A model generated the notes under the pieces. That model was not told where the DNA came from. It saw only the letters and a program-made list of their open reading frames with translations, and ran no database searches. Positions 57,420 to 64,000 of a stretch of 64,000 bases of DNA are shown here, one piece after another (position 1 is the stretch's first letter; each line of letters opens with the position of its first letter). Source of the stretch: Sneathiella sp. (GTDB taxonomy: Bacteria; Pseudomonadota; Alphaproteobacteria; Sneathiellales; Sneathiellaceae); contig NZ_NZMB01000018.1 in the NCBI RefSeq assembly GCF_002694385.1, positions 27,655-91,654 on the forward strand. The letters run 5' to 3'. Position numbers and translations under genes: made by a program.

Positions 57420-58787
57420 TCAATCGTCCGCGGGCGCGGCCCGGAGCGCCACCAGTTCCGCGTCATCCGTCAGGATGTAAAGGGTGTTGCCCGCCACCAC
57501 CGGCGGGATGGAGGCCTTGTCGGACAGTTCCATCTGTCCCAGAATGCTGCCATCATAGGGCGAAACCGAAATGGCGACGCCATAGTTGGAAACCAGGATC
57601 AGCCGGTCGCTGGCGAGGATCGGGCCGGTCCAGACAATCAGATCACGGCGGTTCTCCGGATCCTCATATTTACCGAGCGGGCGAACCCAGCGGATCAGAC
57701 CGTTGCGCCGCGACAGGCACAGAAGATCCCCGTCCGTCGTCACGACAAACATGAAATCCCCGGCGATCCAGGGGGTCTGCAAGGTTGAGATTTCCTGATC
57801 CCACAGCCGGTTGCCCGACCGCAGGTCAATGGCGATCATGCGCCCCGAATAGCTGGCGGCATAGACGACGCCGCGGTCGATCACCGGAAAGGCGTTGATA
57901 TCCGAAAGCGACGTGAGGGCGCTGTAGACGCGGCGGCGGGCGAGCTGATCGCTCCAGGCCTGCTGACCGTTATCGGCGCGGAGCGCATAAACCTCGCCAT
58001 TGGCGAAAGGCACCACCACCGTGCCGCTGTCATAGGCGGGGCTGGCCGCGCCAAGCAGGCCGGTGGTTTCCACGCCGCCTTCGAAATTCCAGCGGATTTC
58101 GCCGCTTGCCGCATCCAGGGCGAAAATCCGGCTGTCGAATGTGAGGGCGAGCACCTGCCCGTCGGCCACCGTCGGCGCCGCGCGCAGCGGCACGCCGAGA
58201 TTGCGGCTCCAGAAAATCTCGCCGCTCTCCCCATCCATGGAAACCACATCGCCGAAGGAGGTGGTGGCGTAGATGCGGCCATATTCAAAGGCGAGCCCGC
58301 CGCCGATATTGCCTTCATCCTCATCCTCGGGCGTCAGGTTGCGCGACCACAGCTCCTCGCCCGTCTCCGTGGAATAGGCGGTGACCTGCGCGGCCGAATC
58401 CATGGCGTAGACGCGCCCCTCCGCAACCACGGGGGAGGAGAACATGCGGTTCTCATCGTCGGATTCCTCCCCGATGGACACCCGCCAGGCTTCCGTCAGC
58501 TCATCCCCAAGGGACAGATGATACATGGCATGGGCGGGAACGCCGCCGGGCTGCGGCCAATTGGCATTCTCATAAGGGGCGGGCAGGCGGACCTCCAGAT
58601 CGGCAAGGCCCGCATCGGCTTCCAGATTGCGTTCCAGCGACAGGATGGAAATACGGTCCCCCGGCAGCGGCGGCGGTTCGTCATTGCCGAACCAGCTACA
58701 GGCGGAAAGGCCGAGCACCAGCGCGCCCGCGAAAAGCGGCCGCAGCAGGACGGCGGTGTTCTGACATGTCGCGCCACGTTTTAGCAT
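57420..58787 (-). CDS. bamB: Outer membrane protein assembly factor BamB (PQQ-like beta-propeller lipoprotein)
   Basis: Lipobox LGLSAC after a signal peptide and repeated propeller blades. It sits at the conserved yfgM-bamB-der position. The start is probably the ATG at 58787. Confidence 0.85.
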   Translation of the reverse strand: MLKRGATCQNTAVLLRPLFAGALVLGLSACSWFGNDEPPPLPGDRISILSLERNLEADAGLADLEVRLPAPYENANWPQPGGVPAHAMYHLSLGDELTEAWRVSIGEESDDENRMFSSPVVAEGRVYAMDSAAQVTAYSTETGEELWSRNLTPEDEDEGNIGGGLAFEYGRIYATTSFGDVVSMDGESGEIFWSRNLGVPLRAAPTVADGQVLALTFDSRIFALDAASGEIRWNFEGGVETTGLLGAASPAYDSGTVVVPFANGEVYALRADNGQQAWSDQLARRRVYSALTSLSDINAFPVIDRGVVYAASYSGRMIAIDLRSGNRLWDQEISTLQTPWIAGDFMFVVTTDGDLLCLSRRNGLIRWVRPLGKYEDPENRRDLIVWTGPILASDRLILVSNYGVAISVSPYDGSILGQMELSDKASIPPVVAGNTLYILTDDAELVALRAAPADD

Positions 58788-58791
58788 CACT

Positions 58792-59439
58792 CTACTTGCC
58801 TTCCAGCGCATCGAGAAGCTGGCTGGCGCGCCCCTTGATCATATCCGGCGCCTCGGCGTCATTCTGGATGAGGCTCAGCACCTCGCGCGCTTTGGCCGCA
58901 TCGTCATCCTTGATATGGCTGAGCGCCAGCAGTTCATTGGCCGAGGCGTTCCACAGCGCGCCGGGTTCGATCAGCCCGGCAATGCGGCTGCGCACCTGAT
59001 CCGTGGTGCCGTTATCGAGCAGGTAATAACCCGCCATCAGATCGGCGAGGGCGGCAAAGGCCGGTTCAACGGAGCTGTCGGCGGCGAGGCGGTCATAAAC
59101 GGCGAGAGCCTTGGCTCCCTCTCCCGCGTCGATCAGGGCGGCGGCTTCGCGTAAGGATGCCAGGGCGCTATATCCTTTGCTGCCCTCTTCGGCGAGATCG
59201 GCGAAGGCGGCTGCGGCGTCGGCGTTGCTGCCCTCCGCGGCGAGGGTCGATGCGGCCTCGAACGCGGCGCCTTCGGCCTGGGCGCGGGATAGCTGGTAAT
59301 TCTGCCAGCCGACATAGGCGGCCGTTCCGGCAACGATCAGGATGACCAGCGCGATGACATATTTGCCATAGGCTTTCCACAGCGCCAGCGATTTATCCTT
59401 GCGGACGTCTTCATCCACTTCGTTAAAGATATCGGCCAC
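58792..59439 (-). CDS. YfgM-like TPR membrane protein
   Basis: 215 aa. A charged N-terminus, a single TM helix (YVIALVILIVAGTAAYVGW), then an Ala-rich TPR-like region. Located upstream of bamB, like E. coli yfgM. Confidence 0.75.
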   Translation of the reverse strand: MADIFNEVDEDVRKDKSLALWKAYGKYVIALVILIVAGTAAYVGWQNYQLSRAQAEGAAFEAASTLAAEGSNADAAAAFADLAEEGSKGYSALASLREAAALIDAGEGAKALAVYDRLAADSSVEPAFAALADLMAGYYLLDNGTTDQVRSRIAGLIEPGALWNASANELLALSHIKDDDAAKAREVLSLIQNDAEAPDMIKGRASQLLDALEGK

Positions 59440-59606
59440 AAAAAAACTCCCGTTCCGGCATTCAAAATCCGCTGCAAAATAACCCCCCGGACCGAATTAG
59501 GCAAATGTTGTCTCGCCCTTTGGCGAAAATTTGATATTTTGCGGAAGGCGCGGAAAAAAACCGCCGCCGCGAATTTCGGACGCTGCAAGCAAAGGCAGGC
59601 AATTTT

Positions 59607-59786
59607 ATGGCCGAAGGACAGATTTTACAACTTGTCGCCCTTTTGATGGTGCTCGGGCTGGTGTTGCCGGGCTTCCTCTACTACACCCGGCGCGCCGGCA
59701 AGGCGGCCCTGCTGCGCAACATCGCCCTGTGGCTGGCCGCGGCGCTGGTCATTGCGATACTCTACCGGACGTTCGGCGGCGGCTGA
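59607..59786 (+). CDS. Small two-TM membrane protein (59 aa), possibly the surviving N-terminus of a decayed gene
   Basis: Below the ORF-track size cutoff. It reads MAEGQILQLVALLMVLGLVLPGFLYYTRRAGKAALLRNIALWLAAALVIAILYRTFGGG*, with host-like GC3 codons and two clear hydrophobic helices. Confidence 0.45.
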   Translation: MAEGQILQLVALLMVLGLVLPGFLYYTRRAGKAALLRNIALWLAAALVIAILYRTFGGG

Positions 59787-60442
59787 GCCCCAGCGGACGG
59801 CCGATCGCAGTCGCGGCGTTTGCCAAAGACGCGCCCCCTATCAACGGCGGCGGAGCCTTGCGAAGGCACGGCTGACAATCGCAAGGGACCCGTGGGCCCG
59901 GCATCGGCAGCCATGGGCTCGGCAGGAGCGATCATGGCCGATAATTTGGGTGCAGCCGCCCACGCTCCCGGACGCAGCCCGCGCCCTGGCCAGAAATTCC
60001 ATTTCCCCCGACGCATCGGCTGACGCGCGCGGGTTCTTCAAAAACAGGGCGGATCACGATCAAAAACAACAGACCGCACGTCCAGGCATGCATCGGCAAA
60101 CGCCGCCGCACCAACATTCCGGCGAACGACAGGACCCCGCTGATGGAAAAACAGCCTTCTCACAAAAACAGCTGCCTCACAAAAACAGCCATCTCGCGGA
60201 AACAGCCATCTCACGGAAGAAGGGATCCTGCTCCCCTCCGCCGCTGTGGCATCCGCCATCAACAGGTCGCGTCAAATTTCGTCCGAGGGGTTTCACCTGG
60301 GCGTCCGGTTATCACTCGAAAATCCGGCCCTATGCTCCCGCCAGAGCGGCATTGGATTTACGGCGATTGCGATACCGCTTTTTTCTCGGCTCCGGGACAT
60401 CCTGATTATCCGCAAGGCGCCATTCACAGCAGCGTCCTGTAA
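59787..60442 (+). pseudogene. Possible decayed remainder of a retropepsin-like (TIGR02281-type) aspartic protease gene
   Basis: Reading through the TGA at 59784 in the same frame gives ...GPVGPASAAMGSAGAIMADNLGAAA... The G-x10-G-x8-D..GA spacing resembles the GHF...NG...(V/L)DTGAS core I recall for this family, which also begins with two TM helices. Other frames give TLPDAARALA, VSPGRPVITRK and ...TAFFSAPG...SSVL*. The catalytic DTG is not intact, and several frameshifts are needed. Confidence 0.25.
60039..60216 (+). repeat. Array of six short direct repeats, core AAAAACAG-N7-9-C(A/G)C
   Basis: Copies: caaaaacagggcggatcacgat (60039), caaaaacaacagaccgcacg (60061), gaaaaacagccttctcac (60146), aaaaacagctgcctcac (60164), aaaaacagccatctcgcg (60181), gaaacagccatctcacgg (60199). 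The last four are head-to-tail with a 17-18 bp period. Confidence 0.8.
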
Positions 60443-60937
60443 AATTTGTCCCGTGCATCCGGCAGCGCCTTTTCAAAACCGTTTCCGTTTGTCTCATGGC
60501 TGGACCACCGGGGGTTTCGACATTGCGCCAACAGCATCGCTATGACGGAGGAAGCGGGGCATATCGCCATCCCATTCATCCGGTCGTTTCCTATCGCCTT
60601 CCTGGCATCCCTCCCCTCCGGGAGGGGGAACCGCCGGGGATGACATCCACTTCCCCTAGACCTTATATTATAGCAGCATCAGCCCGTATATTCAATATAT
60701 CTGATGAAAAAAAGATACATCCGACGGCATCTATCGGCAAAGGGCGCGCGGACCGTCACGCAGCCGCCCGATGCAAGGGAGCGGGATTAATTCTTTACAC
60801 GCCATCAGGGTGCGCTAAACTGCGTAAAATTTTACACAGCGGGACCCGCGCCGGAACCCTCGCTCGAAGAGTAAAATGTCGGCTTCCTGCCGGATCAGGC
60901 ATCCGGCTTGCGGCGGACGCGAGATAGAAAGGACACC

Positions 60938-62674
60938 ATGACACGCCTTACCGCCTGCCTGCTGGCCGCCTTCCTCACCCTCGCCGCCATCCCCGCCCAG
61001 GCGAACTGGCTGGATACGCTGAAAGACGCCGCAAAGGAAGTGACCGACAGCGCCGTTGAGGCTCTCAAGGATGCCGAAGGCGAAGCCCCGACAACCACCG
61101 GCGACCCCGGGGAACAGGGGGCCAATCCTTCGGGCACGGCAAAGCCCGCCTCCCCCAAGGCTCCGACCAGCGGCACAGTGGCGACACCCGCCGCGCCGAC
61201 GGCCGCCAAACCGGCGGCGGTGACGCTCAATGGCAATAACGATCCCACGCTTGTCAAGGCGGCGCAGGCGGAGTTGCAACGGCTCGGCTACAAGGTCGGG
61301 GTGGACGGCGCCTATGGCCCCAATACAAAAAAGGCGATCACTGCCTTCCAGGCATCACACAGCCTTACGGCGGACGGCAATGTCTCGCCGGATCTTGTCA
61401 GCGCCCTGAAGGCTGCGCCGACGCCGATGGGGACCGCCACCTCAGAGAAGAACGAAATGGCGGCGGAAAAGAAAGCGGAACCTGCAGCCGCGCCCGAGAA
61501 AAAGGCCGCAGCTGCCCCGGCACCCCAGCAGAAAGCCGAACCGGCGGCGACCCCGGCTAAAGCTGCGGATTATGACAGATTTTATCAATATGAGGGCAGC
61601 TCCAAACAGATGCAGGGCGCCTGGCTGATCATCCGCGACAAGGCGGAACCGATCCGCTTTTATGGGGAAATCCGCGGCGACGAGTTGATCACGCAGCAGG
61701 ATCTGCGCAGCCTGACACTCGCGCCCGGTGCGAGCGCGGACTTGCGGGAGCTGGTTATGGGCCCGTTCCGCAAAACCGACAGCTATACGCCGCCGTCCAT
61801 TGTTATTCTCCGCTTTGACGGGGAGGAAATTACGGCCCGGAATATCTCCAATGGCGGATCTGCCAAACAGACCTTTCAGGCAAAAGGGCCGGAAGTCACC
61901 AAACTGCTGAATCATCTGCAGGACGGCAATAATTTCGACTATCGGATTGAGCATTTCGACCCCTTCATTTCTCCGAAGGAGTGGGCGACTTTCCATGCGC
62001 CACCGCCCAGCATCGCCGCCGCGAAGCAGGCTGAAAAAGACAAGCAGGCCGCCGCCATGGCCGCGGAGAAAGCGGAGCAGGAGAAGAAGGCCGCCTATGC
62101 CGGCACTCTCACCCCGGAAGCCAAAATGGCCTATGAGCAGTGCAATCAGAACTACGCGGCCGAAAACTTCTATGACTGCCAATGCATAGCCCAGAATTTG
62201 GAAAAATATATGGGCCCGCAGATTGATAGCAGCGCGGATTACTGGAAGAAACGCATCGCCGGTTATGAGGGTGCCATCGAGACGAATAATGCCAGCACCA
62301 AGCTGACGGCGGAGAGGAAAGCGCAGCTGGAAAAAGGCATCCGGCAACAGATCGAGCGGGCCAAAGGGGAGCTTGCAAAGATCGAAGACCGGGCCAACTG
62401 GGACAAATCACTACAAAAATCCATGGTGCAGGGCGCCCAGTTGCAGCTTTATAAGGATCCCGCCTGCAAGGTCGGCGAGGGCATGCGCGAGAAGGAGTAT
62501 AAAGCCTGCCTGGCCTCTGCCTCACCCAATATTTTGAAGGGAAAAACACCGGAGGAATTTTGCAGCTGCTCGGCCAAGACAGCCGCCGAGCTCTGGCTGG
62601 CGTCCACGGAGGCCTATAGCTCCAAGGTCGCTGTCGGTATTCCCGTGAAGGCCCGTACCCAATGCCGGAATTAG
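60938..62674 (+). CDS. Secreted multidomain protein: signal peptide, PG_binding_1 domain, unknown central domain, C-terminal 8-Cys domain
   Basis: Start set at the ATG at 60938 (MTRLTACLLAAFLTLAAIPAQA|NW). Peptidoglycan-binding motif LVKAAQAELQRLGYKVGVDGAYGPNTKKAITAFQASHSLTADGNVSPDL. Ala/Pro/Lys linkers. The C-terminal ~190 aa is paralogous to the next gene. Confidence 0.8.
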   Translation: MTRLTACLLAAFLTLAAIPAQANWLDTLKDAAKEVTDSAVEALKDAEGEAPTTTGDPGEQGANPSGTAKPASPKAPTSGTVATPAAPTAAKPAAVTLNGNNDPTLVKAAQAELQRLGYKVGVDGAYGPNTKKAITAFQASHSLTADGNVSPDLVSALKAAPTPMGTATSEKNEMAAEKKAEPAAAPEKKAAAAPAPQQKAEPAATPAKAADYDRFYQYEGSSKQMQGAWLIIRDKAEPIRFYGEIRGDELITQQDLRSLTLAPGASADLRELVMGPFRKTDSYTPPSIVILRFDGEEITARNISNGGSAKQTFQAKGPEVTKLLNHLQDGNNFDYRIEHFDPFISPKEWATFHAPPPSIAAAKQAEKDKQAAAMAAEKAEQEKKAAYAGTLTPEAKMAYEQCNQNYAAENFYDCQCIAQNLEKYMGPQIDSSADYWKKRIAGYEGAIETNNASTKLTAERKAQLEKGIRQQIERAKGELAKIEDRANWDKSLQKSMVQGAQLQLYKDPACKVGEGMREKEYKACLASASPNILKGKTPEEFCSCSAKTAAELWLASTEAYSSKVAVGIPVKARTQCRN

Positions 62675-62702
62675 CCCAAAACAACAAAAGAAGAAGACTG
62701 CC

Positions 62703-63353
62703 GTGCTGAAACCTCTCCTCTCGATCCTCACCCTCGTCACCCTGAGCCTTCTCACCCTCGGGAGTGCGACCGCATCCGGCGCGCCCGATCTCGGCCAATG
62801 GACACAGACCTATTGCGACGGCTACAGGGCGGCGAAGAACCTCTATGACTGCCAATGCGTCGTCGATCAGGCCCCGGCCTATGTGGAGAAGGAAGTCGCC
62901 AAGCAGGTCGCGATGAAGGAACGGGCCATCGGCAATTTCGAGGCCGTCATGAAGAAGCATCAGTCCGACGACCGGCTGACCGCCGAGCAGAAGGCGCAGG
63001 CCAAAGCCGGTTACCAGAAAAGAATTGATCAGGAGCAGGCGGCCATCGACAAGCTGAAAAACCGGTCGAGCTGGGATACGAAGACGATGGACAGCATCGC
63101 TTCCGCCGCCATGATCGAGGTCTATACCGCGCCCACCTGCAAAACCGGCGCGGTCTTTCTGGACCCGGCAACCCAAATCTGCAAATTCAAGGGGGAAAAA
63201 CTCCAAAAGCAGTTGAAAAACAAGACCGTCGAGGAATATTGCGACTGCCTCCGCGAGACGATGGCAAAGACATGGGAGGCCTCAACCGGGCAGACCAGCG
63301 CGAAAGTACAGCGGGACCTCTTCTCCGAGGCCAACAGGAGCTGCAATCAATAG
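62703..63353 (+). CDS. Secreted protein consisting of a signal peptide plus the same 8-Cys domain
   Basis: 216 aa. Signal peptide LLSILTLVTLSLLTLGSATASG. All eight Cys align with the C-terminus of the preceding protein (YDCQC, P.CK.G, EE.C.C, terminal C). Confidence 0.75.
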   Translation: MLKPLLSILTLVTLSLLTLGSATASGAPDLGQWTQTYCDGYRAAKNLYDCQCVVDQAPAYVEKEVAKQVAMKERAIGNFEAVMKKHQSDDRLTAEQKAQAKAGYQKRIDQEQAAIDKLKNRSSWDTKTMDSIASAAMIEVYTAPTCKTGAVFLDPATQICKFKGEKLQKQLKNKTVEEYCDCLRETMAKTWEASTGQTSAKVQRDLFSEANRSCNQ

Positions 63354-63473
63354 TGCTGCGCGGCTGCCGGGCGGCCGCAAACCGCTCCCGCGCCTCTTTA
63401 CGCAAATTTCACGATTTGGCCTTAATCTTCCCCGATATGCAGCGCTTTTGCATGAAGAACCGGAGTAAGAGAG

Positions 63474-63665
63474 ATGGCCAGTCAGTCCCTCGACAAACGC
63501 AAGCAGCAAATTGCGCAGAACCTCATTGATACCTGCGGGTTGCAGCGCGCCCTTCACGCGGCGCGGCAATATGGCTGGAACGATATCGCCGAGGAGATCA
63601 ATGACGAGATCATGCGCGGCAGCAGCCATAACCGCCGCCGCACCGATCCGCCCGTGCAGCCCTGA
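63474..63665 (+). CDS. Small hypothetical protein (63 aa)
   Basis: Composition is plausible (MASQSLDKRKQQIAQNLIDTCGLQRALHAARQYGWNDIAEEINDEIMRG...), with weak SD-like GAGAG upstream. There is no family recognition, and it could be spurious. Confidence 0.3.
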   Translation: MASQSLDKRKQQIAQNLIDTCGLQRALHAARQYGWNDIAEEINDEIMRGSSHNRRRTDPPVQP

Positions 63666-63674
63666 ACCCCGCCC

Positions 63675-64000
63675 TCACTCCAGATATTGCGCCGCGAATT
63701 CGGGGCTTGGCGGGATCGGCGTGATCAGGTCAATCAAGACGCCATTCGGATCAGCCGTGATAAAATGACGCTGGCCGAAGGCCTCATCGCGGAGCGCCAG
63801 CAGGATCGGCAAGCCCGCTTTGGTGGCCCGCGCATATTCCGCATCCACATCCTCAACCTCGAAATTGAGGATTACGCCGCCCGCCACGCGCCCCCGCCCC
63901 GCCTCGGGGATGGTCTCATGCGTGCCGTCCAGCACCGCGATATTGACGGCTTCATCCTCCGTTGACTGAAGATGGATATACCAGTCGCTTGCAAAAGCCG
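63675..64000 (-). CDS. VOC (glyoxalase/bleomycin-resistance) family protein, C-terminal part; the start lies beyond the window end
   Basis: The frame is open to the window edge (…[92 protein letters not shown]), which has a typical VOC beta-alpha-beta texture. Confidence 0.65.
   Translation of the reverse strand, partial: AFASDWYIHLQSTEDEAVNIAVLDGTHETIPEAGRGRVAGGVILNFEVEDVDAEYARATKAGLPILLALRDEAFGQRHFITADPNGVLIDLITPIPPSPEFAAQYLE

Noticed and set aside
60146-60216. Possible CRISPR array.
   Set aside because: The repeats are only 17-18 bp and directly abut one another with no spacers. There is no cas gene in the window.
59752-60405. 217-aa ORF spanning the non-coding gap and the repeat array. 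Smaller ORFs at 59820-60023, 60143-60442 and 60246-60545 were also considered.
   Set aside because: The translation is Arg/Pro/His/Gln-rich. The repeat period (17-18 bp) is out of frame. There is no SD or family signal. It is better explained as decayed or non-coding DNA.
60612-60628. GC hairpin CCCCT-ccggg-AGGGG, considered as a terminator.
   Set aside because: No U-tract follows, and no upstream gene ends nearby. I left it as an unexplained structure within the non-coding gap.
60496-61279. ORFs 60496-60927(+) and 60815-61279(-) around the start of the PG-binding gene.
   Set aside because: The composition is implausible. The minus-strand ORF overlaps the signal peptide and linker of a gene that has a clear signal peptide and PG_binding_1 domain.
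1-64000. tRNA, rRNA, tmRNA or other classical RNA genes. Also integrases, transposases and phage genes.
   Set aside because: I scanned intergenic regions by eye for T-loop (GGTTCGAATCC-like) signatures on both strands and found them only inside coding sequence. No ORF resembles a recombinase or phage protein. An eye scan can miss divergent RNAs, so a covariance-model scan is still advisable.

Overview
This 64 kb window is a high-GC chromosomal segment (about 60% GC by eye) with alphaproteobacterial gene content and order. It is almost entirely compact housekeeping DNA. The recognisable blocks are: glnE-bcp; an M23 peptidase plus bactofilin pair; ndk; pepA-holC divergent from lptF-lptG-lptD-surA-pdxA-rsmA; gmk-yicC; mltG-fabF-acpP-fabG-fabD divergent from rpsF-rpsR-(DUF2232)-rplI; dnaB-alr; mlaEF; radA-cvpA-purF; an MlrC-like peptidase with a 5-gene peptide ABC importer and a divergent LysR regulator; and yfgM-like/bamB/der. 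I saw no rRNA, tRNA, tmRNA, CRISPR array, integrase, transposase or prophage block. I found no multi-gene system I could call novel with confidence. The stretches the housekeeping map does not explain are listed here.
1. An AT-rich single-gene islet at 14.2-15.6 kb encodes an AlbA_2/Schlafen-like protein and sits at the end of the pepA-holC operon.
2. A second AT-rich islet at 55.1-56.0 kb encodes a membrane-anchored orphan protein.
3. A 660-aa ORFan with native codon usage lies behind a very AT-rich promoter, next to a LysR gene (52.5-54.6 kb).
4. Two tandem secreted proteins share an unassigned 8-cysteine domain (60.9-63.4 kb).
5. A 1.15 kb ORF-free gap (59.8-60.9 kb) holds a direct-repeat array and may be a decayed retropepsin-like gene.
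6. A coiled-coil / acidic disordered / 4-TM protein lies between mltG and yicC.
All family assignments come from reading motifs by eye and from memory of the families. No database search was run. Start codons were adjusted by hand where the ORF track clearly over-extends.
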